DNA of 64,000 nucleotides, taken from Blastochloris sp. (GTDB taxonomy: Bacteria; Verrucomicrobiota; Verrucomicrobiia; Methylacidiphilales; JAAUTS01). The stretch spans positions 5,567 through 69,566 of the forward strand of contig JAWXBW010000047.1 in the NCBI GenBank assembly GCA_034440395.1. Reading direction: 5' to 3'. The position numbers and the translations under genes were made by a program. Shown piece by piece: positions 54,929 to 63,790 of the stretch. How positions within the stretch are numbered: position 1 is the stretch's first letter; every line of letters starts with the position of its first letter. The notes under the pieces were generated by a model. That model was not told the DNA's origin. It was given only the letters and a program-made list of their open reading frames with translations, and searched no databases.

Positions 54929-55945
54929 ATGCCTTCCCTCACTCAGTCCTTTCTCGGTTCATTAGCGGGGGATGCCCTAGCCATGCCTGGACATTGGTAT
55001 TATGATCTCGCAGCCTTGCATCGCGATTATGGCGTAATCAATCACTTTATCGCACCTCGCAATCCGCATCCCGACAGTATTCTCTGGCGTTCGACCTACA
55101 CCGCGCCTACCCCAGAGGCAGACATTCTTCACGATCAAGCTCGCTATTGGGGTGTGCGTGGAATTCACTACCATCAGTTTCTAGCCGCTGGCGAGAACAC
55201 TTTAAACCTCCGCTTAGCGGAGGAGTTGTATCGCATGATTCGCTCCGACGGCAGCTATGACGCTGACCGATGGCTCGAACGTTACGTGCAATGTTTAAGG
55301 ACACCGGGTTGGCATCGCGACACGTATGTAGAAGAAGTGCACCGCGGTTTTTTTATGAATCGTTCCAAGGGTAAAAAATTACGTTCCTGCGCTATTGTCG
55401 ATGAACACATTGGAGGTCTGGCCTCCGTTCCCGCCCTAGTAGCTGCCACGGAAGGAATGGCGTTAGGAGAACTACGTAAAACCGTTCAGCTCCATGTCGC
55501 CTTATCCCACCAACATCGCGGAGTTCTCCATGCGGCTGATGTATTGACATGTGTGCTCCATGCCATTGCTCAAGGAACAGAAGTTGAAGCCGCTCTGGTG
55601 GCAAATGCCAATGATTTCTTCTCCCTGCGACAAGCACAGGAATGGGTTGCGCTAACGGATGAGGAGGTCGTGGGAAAACGGCTCAGCCCGGCTTGTTACA
55701 TTGAAGATGCTTTTCGAGCGTCGTTATATTTAGCATGGAAGTATCGCCGTGATTTTTCTGGCGGATTGATTGCAAACGTCATGGTTGGTGGAGACAATTG
55801 CCACCGCGGCGTAGTGGTCGGTGCCGTGCTTGCGGCGGCCAACGGATGCCCCCGTGAGTGGAGTGATGGGTTACTAGCCTTAGCTGTCCATGAGACTCGC
55901 CAGCTTGACCCAGTCAGTTATTGGAATCCGATAAACGACCCATGA
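54929..55945 (+). CDS. ADP-ribosylglycohydrolase-family protein
   Basis: 338 aa with an N-terminal FLGSLAGDALAMPGHWYY and a C-terminal MVGGDNCHRGVVVGAVLAAANG, the two metal-site regions of the ARH fold. Confidence 0.8.
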   Translation: MPSLTQSFLGSLAGDALAMPGHWYYDLAALHRDYGVINHFIAPRNPHPDSILWRSTYTAPTPEADILHDQARYWGVRGIHYHQFLAAGENTLNLRLAEELYRMIRSDGSYDADRWLERYVQCLRTPGWHRDTYVEEVHRGFFMNRSKGKKLRSCAIVDEHIGGLASVPALVAATEGMALGELRKTVQLHVALSHQHRGVLHAADVLTCVLHAIAQGTEVEAALVANANDFFSLRQAQEWVALTDEEVVGKRLSPACYIEDAFRASLYLAWKYRRDFSGGLIANVMVGGDNCHRGVVVGAVLAAANGCPREWSDGLLALAVHETRQLDPVSYWNPINDP

Positions 55946-56194
55946 GGCAAGGCTTTGCGCAAGTTGATAACAAGGTGCCTTAGGTTCTTTAAACCTTACG
56001 TTTCGGTAAAAGCGTTCCGTATTGCGTCTTGAATCTTACTGAGTTCACGGAGCCCTTTCACCATTTCAAAGAAGCACTGCCCGCCGCTCTTGAGTTCCCA
56101 CAGTTTGCCGAGGCGTTCTTTAGGACTTTGCCGTTTGTCAGCTTCACCACGACGTCGAGGTAGAATTTTTCGTTGCTGATTAAAATTTAAAAAC

Positions 56195-56398
56195 TCAGTT
56201 CTTCTTCTCGAAGTCTGGCGGTTCCTCGCGCAGAGTCATGGTGCCGCTCTCCTCTTTGCCCTTAGCCATCCGCATTCGGAACGCTGCGGCCTTCTTTTCC
56301 GTATAATCCCTGCGTTCCTCACGGGTCATGTCCTTGGTAGCCTCATAAATCCTAGCCTGAATATCGTGCTTCATTTTCACGCAATCGATCCGGGGCAT
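56195..56398 (-). CDS. Hypothetical small charged protein (67 aa)
   Basis: Intact ORF 22 nt downstream of the PIN pseudogene: MPRIDCVKMKHDIQARIYEATKDMTREERRDYTEKKAAAFRMRMAKGKEE... No family recognised. Confidence 0.35.
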   Translation of the reverse strand: MPRIDCVKMKHDIQARIYEATKDMTREERRDYTEKKAAAFRMRMAKGKEESGTMTLREEPPDFEKKN

Positions 56399-56420
56399 TC
56401 CATCAAACTGTTTCCAAAAG

Positions 56421-56894
56421 TTAGTCGTCTTCGAGATTCACCTCCTTGGGCCTTACAATCTGTATCATTGCGTAGCCTTCTGCCAGATTTACCGCATTGA
56501 ATCCACGAATACGATCCATCCGCACGATATATTTGAAATTCCACGATACGATGGCATCCGCCCTCGCCACCGTGGCTGCGGCCACATGCAGACAATCTTC
56601 CCTCTAACGCACAGCGACCACTCCCGCTGAAATGTAGGCGTTGGCCAAGTCATGGACTTCATCATCCACACGCACCGTTTCGCGCCCGCTGACAGGGACA
56701 GAATCCAGAATCCTTCCTACGGGCTCTGGAGCACCTTCCAATTCTTCTTCCACCACTTTACTGGTCAACAGCACGGCCAACCCATTGGAAAAAAATTCGA
56801 TGACCTTCAGTCAGTCCGCATCCCAGCATTCCGCGCTGTCGAAACAGCCGCCGAAGACGGAGGTATCCAAGCATAAGCGCCATTTGCGTTTCAT
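56421..56894 (-). pseudogene. PIN-domain (VapC-like) gene with two in-frame stops
   Basis: Hand translation from ATG 56894-56892 covers exactly 158 codons: MKRKWRLCLDTSVFGGCFDSAECWDAD*LKVIEFFSNGLAVLLTSKVVEEELEGAPEPV...AGVVAVR*REDCLHVAAATVARADAIVSWNFKYIVRMDRIRGFNAVNLAEGYAMIQIVRPKEV...*. The stops are TGA at 56811-56813 and TAG at 56604-56606. Track ORFs 56377..56595, 56489..56671, 56641..56907 and 56652..56876 are fragments or shadows of it. Confidence 0.7.
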
Positions 56895-57171
56895 TGCGTC
56901 GGTTTAATACTTTGTTCATACTGCGTAAAGGGTTTGTTTGAAGGTAATGCGAATTTTTGTATTACTAAAATTAAGGCGTAGTAGTGGTAATAAAGCAAAT
57001 TTAAATGACTGGATATTTAGAAAGTATTATCGAGAATCTCACTTATCTTTTACCTGAATGTTCACGCTTTGATCTGCCGCCATAAATTGTTAGACACAAG
57101 ATTAAGATACTTCTTTTCTCAAGGTTGTTTAGTAGATACGCTTTAAATCGAAAATTGTTACCTCAACACTC

Positions 57172-57438
57172 ATGACACTTATGATTAAATTATCCTTACT
57201 TCTTTTAACTAGCTTCCTCTTCATCGGCTGCGGTGAAACGAATTATAGTTTATACTCGACGAACCAAGGCGAGAAGACGCAAGCTCTCTACAAGATCAAT
57301 AACGACACGGGCGAGACATGGATTCTTCAGGGCGATTTAACGGAAGTCACCGCAACCAATGCCGCCGCCCAATATTTCCAAGGCTGGAAACTTGTGAAGT
57401 CGCACGCAGAGGCTAAAGCCGAAGCGTTGAAGCGTTAA
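57172..57438 (+). CDS. Small lipoprotein, hypothetical
   Basis: 88 aa with signal plus lipobox MTLMIKLSLLLLTSFLFIGC. Confidence 0.55.
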   Translation: MTLMIKLSLLLLTSFLFIGCGETNYSLYSTNQGEKTQALYKINNDTGETWILQGDLTEVTATNAAAQYFQGWKLVKSHAEAKAEALKR

Positions 57439-57485
57439 GGGCAAAGAGCTTTCTCCGCAGATTACACAGGTTTTTAACAAAGGTT

Positions 57486-57509
57486 GCAGATTCCTAAAAA
57501 AGAATCTGC
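57486..57509 (+). terminator. Possible terminator hairpin after the lipoprotein gene
   Basis: GCAGATTC (57486-57493) pairs with GAATCTGC (57502-57509), an 8-bp stem. The downstream T tract is weak. Confidence 0.3.
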
Positions 57510-57619
57510 GTAAATCTTTAAAATCTACGGACAATTCTTTTCTTGGTCTTCTAGGTTTTGAGTTTCAAGTATCCTCTGCCGAAGGTATACGATATTGACC
57601 AACGTTCTTTATTATCTCA

Positions 57620-58222
57620 TTGTCTCAGGCCATGGGTAAGGAAAGTGTTGAACAAATCATTGGTAAATCCATCCGCACCTGCCGGACTCAGCAAAGTATC
57701 ACGATCGAACAGTTGTCTCAGATGGTGGCTCTAACTAAGGGTCAGATTTCTAAAATAGAAAATGGTCTAGTATCTTCTCCCGTGGGAACGTTAACACGGA
57801 TAGCCCAAGCGTTAGGAACGGAGCCAAGCACCTTTTTCAAAACCAGTCAGGACCGTAAGTCCGCCCAGTTAGTGCGGAGTCATGAGCGTAAGCCCGTGGT
57901 AGGGCGCGCCTCTAAGATGGGACATTATTATCATTCTTTAGCTTTTGATTTACCTTTTCAAAAGTCTTTTGAACCTTATTTGATGATCATCGAGGAACAG
58001 AAACTTGATCCCAAAAAGAACTCGTTCCAACACTCCGGTCATGAAATGATTTTTATGCTCAAAGGACAAATGAGCTATCGTCATGATGGATCAATCTATG
58101 ATTTAGAAGTGGGGGACACGCTTTACTTCGACGCTAATAAAGAGCACGGACCTGAGAAAATTAAAAAATCACCCGTGCATTTTCTCAGCATTATCAGTAA
58201 TCATACCCCACCCATTTCTTGA
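57620..58222 (+). CDS. XRE-family HTH plus cupin-domain transcriptional regulator (PuuR-like architecture)
   Basis: HTH_3 region IEQLSQMVALTKGQISKIENG. C-terminal cupin region GHEMIFMLKGQMSY...GDTLYFDANKEHGP. The track start is TTG 57620, with an alternative ATG at 57632. Confidence 0.8.
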   Translation: MSQAMGKESVEQIIGKSIRTCRTQQSITIEQLSQMVALTKGQISKIENGLVSSPVGTLTRIAQALGTEPSTFFKTSQDRKSAQLVRSHERKPVVGRASKMGHYYHSLAFDLPFQKSFEPYLMIIEEQKLDPKKNSFQHSGHEMIFMLKGQMSYRHDGSIYDLEVGDTLYFDANKEHGPEKIKKSPVHFLSIISNHTPPIS

Positions 58223-59550
58223 AGCATGGCTTTAACAAAACGAGCACCACCTTCAAACTGAGTTAGGGGAAAAGTCTCATTGGGCGCATGAGCCTGACAA
58301 TCAGGTAGTCCCAGACCTGCTAGGATGACCGGCACTTGAAGTTGTTTTTGTAAAAGTGCGGCGACAGGAATGCTTAAACCTTCTCGCGTCCAAGCGGGTG
58401 CGCGGCCAAAGGCTTGAGTTAAGGCACGACTCACAAGGTTCATCGAAGGATGATCAGGAGCCGTGAAAAAGGGGTCGCCGCCATGGTCATAAATGCAGCG
58501 GCCTGTGACGTGCTCACACATTAATTCTTGCTTAAACCAAGTCTGCACAAGCTGGGCAATGCGTTGAGGGTCTTGTCCTGGCACCAGCCGGAAACTGACT
58601 TTTGCTGAGGCGCAGGCGGGGATGATGGTTTTGCTTCCGCTGCCTTGGTAACCGCTCGAGATTCCGTTAATTTCCGCCGTGGGACGAGACCATACTTTTT
58701 CTAAGACGGAGTAGTTTCTCTCACCCGCAGAGGGCTTTATACCAGTGGCTTGCTCAAACCAAGTTTCATTCCAAGGGAGGTCTTGCCAGCTCTTAAGCTC
58801 AGCGGGACTTACCTCGATCAGTCCATCGTAAAAATGCGGGATGGTAATTTCTCCTGCGTCATTATGCAGACGAGTTAGGATTCTCGCTAAGGCCAGTGCG
58901 GGATTCGGCGTCGGGCCTCCGAACATGCCCGAATGTAAATCGCAACGTGGTCCGTTAATTTCAAAGTCAAAACAATCGATCCCGCGTAGACCTGTGGTAA
59001 TGGCCGGCCAGCCAGTCTCGATCATGCTGGTATCACAAATCAGAACCGCATCACAACGCAAGGCCTCTTTATTTTTCTCCACCCATGCTGCGAGGTGCGG
59101 GCTACCTACCTCCTCTTCTCCTTCCAGCATGACGGTGACCTTCACGGGCAAAGCTCTTGCAGCGAGCATTTCACGTAAGCCGAGGAGCAGGGAAAAAGTT
59201 TGGCCTTTATTATCTGTCGCACCACGAGCGACTATTTTTCCGTCACGCAGTTCTGGACTAAACGGAGGTGACTGCCAGAGATCAAGAGGCTCGGCTGGTT
59301 GCACGTCATAGTGTCCGTAAATGAGAAGTGTGCTGGCAGTGTTAACCTGGGCGGGAAACTCTGCTAGGATTATGGGCGGTCCACCTGTTTCTTCTAAGCT
59401 GACGCTAGCTCCCCAACTCTGCATCAGTTCTAGTAACCAAATTGCGCAGGAGCGCATGTCAGCAGCATGTTCGGGGCGAGCGCTAACGGTGGGAAAGCGG
59501 AGGTAATGGAAAAAGGTATCGAGCCCTTCTTGCGCGGACCAAGACTTCAT
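58201..59550 (-). CDS. M20-family metallopeptidase/amidohydrolase (ArgE/DapE/ACY1/CPG2 type)
   Basis: 449 aa with LLIYGHYDVQP, ARGATDNKGQ and LEGEEEVGS. It has a 4-nt overlap with the upstream oxidase gene. Confidence 0.8.
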   Translation of the reverse strand: MKSWSAQEGLDTFFHYLRFPTVSARPEHAADMRSCAIWLLELMQSWGASVSLEETGGPPIILAEFPAQVNTASTLLIYGHYDVQPAEPLDLWQSPPFSPELRDGKIVARGATDNKGQTFSLLLGLREMLAARALPVKVTVMLEGEEEVGSPHLAAWVEKNKEALRCDAVLICDTSMIETGWPAITTGLRGIDCFDFEINGPRCDLHSGMFGGPTPNPALALARILTRLHNDAGEITIPHFYDGLIEVSPAELKSWQDLPWNETWFEQATGIKPSAGERNYSVLEKVWSRPTAEINGISSGYQGSGSKTIIPACASAKVSFRLVPGQDPQRIAQLVQTWFKQELMCEHVTGRCIYDHGGDPFFTAPDHPSMNLVSRALTQAFGRAPAWTREGLSIPVAALLQKQLQVPVILAGLGLPDCQAHAPNETFPLTQFEGGARFVKAMLQEMGGV

Positions 59551-60692
59551 GCAGTTTGAAAACGGCTTAATCTAAAAGGATGTAGATCCACTTTAGGTTT
59601 TTTTTGTTGAATCAGATCACACGCTATCTCACCCACGGCACTAGCATATTTATAACCATGACCGCTAAAACCGCCTAGGACCCAGCAGCCGGGCTCACCA
59701 GGTAGATGATCAAGAATGGGGGAGCGGTCGGGAGTGTTTTCAAAAAAACATGTTTCCATGGAAAGCACACTGCCGTTGGCGTCAGGAAAACATTGGGCGA
59801 GGAACTCTCTCATTTCCGTTTCATCTATTTTATCGGGATGCCGTCTCTCTAGGTCAGGATCAATAGCGGCGGATGGAACTTCCCGTAAACGTCCAAGTTT
59901 GAAGCCAGGCATACCATGGATGGGGAAGCCGTAGAAATGTCCCGTCTGTTCGGAGTCTATAATCCAAACAGGAAGTTGACCTTTAGAAAGTTGCGCTGCA
60001 TTTCTTTGGGGAGCAAACCAGCCCAGCACACAACGCTCAGCGGTAACGGGAATTTTTTCTTGGCCAAATAATTTCCCCAACCACGCGCCTGCCGTGACCA
60101 CCAGCTGTTCTGCGTCATAGTGCCCACGATCCGTTTCAATACGATAGATGCTGCCACGTTTTTCCCAGCCTAAGGTTTTTTCCTGACCATGTATTTCCGC
60201 TCCTGCAGCTAGGGCTAAATTGACATGCGTGCAGATGGCGAGCTCGGGCAGAACAAAGCCAGAACCGTGTTGATAGACTGCCATCATGGTGTCAGTGGGA
60301 TGGATAGCGGGAAAACGTCGCCTCACTTCATGCGCATCGAGAATTTCATGGGAAATGTCGCAGGTGCGGCAGGCATCACGCGAACCCCAGAAGATGCGGC
60401 TGTGGGGCTCGGCCACGTCGATGCTGCCCACGGCATGGAAAAGCTTTTCCCCAGATTGCTGTTCTGCATCGCGCCATAACTCAACCGCACGCATGACCAT
60501 GGGCACGTAGGTCTCGCTCTCGTGCAAACCTAAACGCAAGATACGCGTCGCACCGTGGGAGCTTCCTTTAGTATTAGGAATGGAAAACTGTTCTAGCCCT
60601 AACACGTTCAGACCGGCTTGAGCCAAACGATAGCAAGCGGCACTGCCCATCCCGCCGACGCCGATGACGGCTACATCAAATACTTTACTCAT
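59547..60692 (-). CDS. Monomeric sarcosine oxidase / N-methyltryptophan oxidase-like FAD enzyme (MSOX/SolA family)
   Basis: 381 aa with FDVAVIGVGGMGSAACYRLA, SSHGATRILR and GGFSGHGYKYASAVGE (the MSOX-family C-terminal motif). Confidence 0.8.
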   Translation of the reverse strand: MSKVFDVAVIGVGGMGSAACYRLAQAGLNVLGLEQFSIPNTKGSSHGATRILRLGLHESETYVPMVMRAVELWRDAEQQSGEKLFHAVGSIDVAEPHSRIFWGSRDACRTCDISHEILDAHEVRRRFPAIHPTDTMMAVYQHGSGFVLPELAICTHVNLALAAGAEIHGQEKTLGWEKRGSIYRIETDRGHYDAEQLVVTAGAWLGKLFGQEKIPVTAERCVLGWFAPQRNAAQLSKGQLPVWIIDSEQTGHFYGFPIHGMPGFKLGRLREVPSAAIDPDLERRHPDKIDETEMREFLAQCFPDANGSVLSMETCFFENTPDRSPILDHLPGEPGCWVLGGFSGHGYKYASAVGEIACDLIQQKKPKVDLHPFRLSRFQTA

Positions 60693-60711
60693 TTCACTCG
60701 TGCTGGGGTTG

Positions 60712-62076
60712 TTAGAAGAACGTTAGATAGTGCTCTGTTTCCCACTTAGAAACGAAGCGATGGTAGTCATTCCATTCCTGCCATTTAAGTTTAAGGAATT
60801 CATTTTGGATCGGCCCCATGGCATCGAGCACCACGTTATCCTGCTCTAGTTCCGTCAGGGCTTCCCGCATGGATTGTGGCAGTGTGCTCAGTCCCTTCCG
60901 ATAAATATCCTGCTTTGTCATGAGGTAGAGGTTGCCTAAATTAGGCTCGGGACAGATTAATTTCTTTTCAATCCCGTCCATGCCAGCCGCAAGGTAAGCG
61001 GCTAGGGCTAGGTAGGGATTTACGGCAGCGGAGATGGTGCGATCCTCAATGTGTCCGGGCCCGCAGATACGCAGCATCTGGGTCCGATTATTGTCGCCAT
61101 AACTGATGAAGGCTGGTGTCCACGTAAAGCCGGAGCGTGAGCTTTGTAGCCCAGGACCGATGAGTAATCGTTTGTAACAGTTAATCGTAGGCGAGGTCAC
61201 CGCACAAAGAGCGGGCGCATGTTTAATGATGCCAGCCAGAAAATGGTAGGCCAACGTAGATTGACCAAAGCCTTTAGCATCTTCCATGTCGGTGAAAAGA
61301 TTAGATCCAGAATTTTTGTCCGCTAAATGATAATGGATGTGCGCTCCGCTTCCTGTGCGATTTGAAAAGGGCTTAGCCATATGGGTAGCAATGGCACCAT
61401 ACTTCGTCGCTACTTGGCTGGTCATCATTTTAAAAAACGTCATGCGATCAGCTGTCGTCATAGCATCGGAGTAATCAAAATTAATTTCATACTGACCATT
61501 CCCATCTTCATGATCGGCTTGATAAACTCCCCAACCGAGTTGGTTACAATACTCTGTAATGTCCTGCAAATAACCCATGGCTGGAGCGATGCCTTTATAG
61601 TCATAACAGGGCTTAGCTAGGTTATCTATTTTAGCAGGATCCCAGGGATGAATTTCACCGTGCTCATCTTTGGTGACCAGAAAATGTTCCGGCTCAATCC
61701 CGACATTAAAAATAGCACCTAGGCGTTCTTCCGCTAGATTAAGGATACGACGCAGATTCGTGCGCGCGCAGTATGGATGCGGTTTATCATCCACAAATAT
61801 ATTCGTAGCGAAGCGAGCCACTCCTGGGCTCCAGCCTAATGGGGAATAGGTGTCTAGATCAATCCGAGCCATCATGTCATGGGAGTTAGGGCCCTGCCCT
61901 AGACCCCAGACCGCCGCTCCCGCAAAACCTGCTCCTTCCGTAAATAAGTTATCTACAAAGGAGACCGGACACATCTTAACTTTAGCAGAGCCGTGGATGT
62001 CCACGAACTGAGCCAGCACGTAACGAATGTTGTCTTGGGTTAATTGCTGTTTGATCTCCGCTAGCGTTTTAATCAT
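60712..62076 (-). CDS. Glutamine-synthetase-like gamma-glutamyl-amine ligase (GmaS/PuuA-like)
   Basis: GS fold with IRYVLAQFVDIHGSAKVK, HEDGNGQYEINF, GSGAHIHYHL and NPYLALAAYLAAG. ATG 62076 (MIKTLAEIKQ) is preferred over the track's GTG 62121. Confidence 0.8.
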   Translation of the reverse strand: MIKTLAEIKQQLTQDNIRYVLAQFVDIHGSAKVKMCPVSFVDNLFTEGAGFAGAAVWGLGQGPNSHDMMARIDLDTYSPLGWSPGVARFATNIFVDDKPHPYCARTNLRRILNLAEERLGAIFNVGIEPEHFLVTKDEHGEIHPWDPAKIDNLAKPCYDYKGIAPAMGYLQDITEYCNQLGWGVYQADHEDGNGQYEINFDYSDAMTTADRMTFFKMMTSQVATKYGAIATHMAKPFSNRTGSGAHIHYHLADKNSGSNLFTDMEDAKGFGQSTLAYHFLAGIIKHAPALCAVTSPTINCYKRLLIGPGLQSSRSGFTWTPAFISYGDNNRTQMLRICGPGHIEDRTISAAVNPYLALAAYLAAGMDGIEKKLICPEPNLGNLYLMTKQDIYRKGLSTLPQSMREALTELEQDNVVLDAMGPIQNEFLKLKWQEWNDYHRFVSKWETEHYLTFF

Positions 62077-62190
62077 AAAAAAGAATCCTGTTTGAAAGTT
62101 ACGAAAAGTTCTCATCTTCACGAGAAGGAGTCAATTTAAAATGAAAATAAAGTTGCATTTAAGGAAACTCGGCTTTAATTAGTTGTTATT

Positions 62191-63105
62191 ATGTGTGGAA
62201 TCGCCGCTTTCTTTTCTAAGAACTCTACCTACGAAAGTAGGCTAGGAGAATTATTCGTTCCTATGCTGGACTGCTTAACGGGTCGTGGCCCTGACAGTGC
62301 AGGTTTTGCGGTCTATCGTGATCCCGCCCCCGCAGGCAGCACCAAGATCGTGGCACAACATCCTTCGCTGCATTATGATTGGAAAAGTTATTTTGATAAA
62401 GTCGGTAGGGTCAATAGCGTAAAAATTCTTTCCACCCACGCATTGGCCTACGTCAGCGGAGAGTCTGAGATTCTACGTGCGGCGGCAGAAGCAGCTGATC
62501 CTGCCGTCACGGTAATGAGTGTCGGTTCAACGATAGAAATCTACAAAGAAATGGGGCTGCCCTGCAAAGTGATGGCTCAATTCAATCTCAGCACGGCACA
62601 AGGCAGTCACGCCATCGGCCATACTCGTATGGCGACGGAGAGCGCCGTAACAACCGCAGGCTCACATCCCTTTTCTACGGGTATGGATCTCTGCCTCGTC
62701 CATAATGGTTCCCTCAGTAATCATAACAGATTACGTCGTAATCTGGAGCGTCAAGGCATTCGCTTCCGCACGGATAATGATTCTGAAGTGGCGGCAGGCT
62801 ATTTAGCGTGGCGTTTGCGACAAGGCGATTCACTCGAATCTTCCTTGAAGGGTGCTCTCCGTGATCTGGATGGATTCTTTACCTTTGCTATAGGCACAAA
62901 AGACGGTTTCGCCGTGCTTCGCGACCCCATTGCTTGTAAGCCTGCCATCCTCGCCGAGACCGATGACTACGTAGCGATGGCCTCCGAATACCGTTCTCTG
63001 GCTCATTTGCCAAACATAGATAAAGCCCGTATTTGGGAACCTGAACCTGCCCGCATCTACACTTGGAACAAAGCGGACTCCTCCCTAAATTTGAAAGCTG
63101 CTTAA
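62191..63105 (+). CDS. Class II glutamine amidotransferase (N-methylglutamate synthase subunit A / GlxB-like)
   Basis: MCGIAAFFSK has the N-terminal nucleophile Cys2, followed by HTRMATES and HNGSLSNH. Confidence 0.8.
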   Translation: MCGIAAFFSKNSTYESRLGELFVPMLDCLTGRGPDSAGFAVYRDPAPAGSTKIVAQHPSLHYDWKSYFDKVGRVNSVKILSTHALAYVSGESEILRAAAEAADPAVTVMSVGSTIEIYKEMGLPCKVMAQFNLSTAQGSHAIGHTRMATESAVTTAGSHPFSTGMDLCLVHNGSLSNHNRLRRNLERQGIRFRTDNDSEVAAGYLAWRLRQGDSLESSLKGALRDLDGFFTFAIGTKDGFAVLRDPIACKPAILAETDDYVAMASEYRSLAHLPNIDKARIWEPEPARIYTWNKADSSLNLKAA

Positions 63106-63785
63106 TGAATTTTGATCTAAGCCAAGTTAAACTACGTGAGGTTAATCAGGCCTTACACGACCTGCCCGAAGCCGGGGTGACGGAAACGATTCACCTGCAT
63201 AACCCGCGCGGAGCCCATGCCGTGGCGTGCGGATTACGTGTAGCCGCTAAAATAGAGGCACACGGCCCTGTGGGCTATTACTGCGCTGGAATGAATCAAA
63301 AAGCTGAAATCACGGTGCACGGCAATGCTGGCACGGGAGTGGCGGAGAACATGATGTCTGGTCTCGTGCGTGTGAAGGGGAATGCGAGTCAATCGGCCGG
63401 TGCCACAGCTCATGGCGGCCTACTCATCATTGAGGGTGACGCCTCGGCGCGCTGCGGCATTTCGCTCAAGGGTGCCGACATCGTCGTGCAGGGTTCGGTC
63501 GGACACATGAGTGCTTTCATGGCGCAGGCGGGGCGCATGGTAATTTATGGTGATGCGGGCGAGGCTCTCGGAGACTCCATCTACGAGGCACGGCTCTACG
63601 TGCGGGGTAGCGTGGCCAGCCTAGGTGCAGACTGCATAGAAAAAGAAATGCGGGATGAACACAAGGCCGAGTTGACCGAGTTGTTAAGCAAGGCTGATTT
63701 ACCAGTGCAGATTGATGGGTTTCGTCGTTACGGCAGCGCTCGCAGTCTTTATAGTTTTAAAGTGACTAACGCTTCTAGTTATTAA
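63105..63785 (+). CDS. GXGXG-motif protein (glutamate-synthase C-terminal-domain-like; MgsB/GlxC-like)
   Basis: Start ATG 63105 overlaps the previous stop (TAATG). Repeated beta-helix units are present: VHGNAGTGVAENM, VKGNASQSAGATAHGG, IEGDASARCG, VQGSVGHMSAF and IYGDAGEALGD. Confidence 0.8.
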   Translation: MNFDLSQVKLREVNQALHDLPEAGVTETIHLHNPRGAHAVACGLRVAAKIEAHGPVGYYCAGMNQKAEITVHGNAGTGVAENMMSGLVRVKGNASQSAGATAHGGLLIIEGDASARCGISLKGADIVVQGSVGHMSAFMAQAGRMVIYGDAGEALGDSIYEARLYVRGSVASLGADCIEKEMRDEHKAELTELLSKADLPVQIDGFRRYGSARSLYSFKVTNASSY

Positions 63786-63790
63786 ATGTT

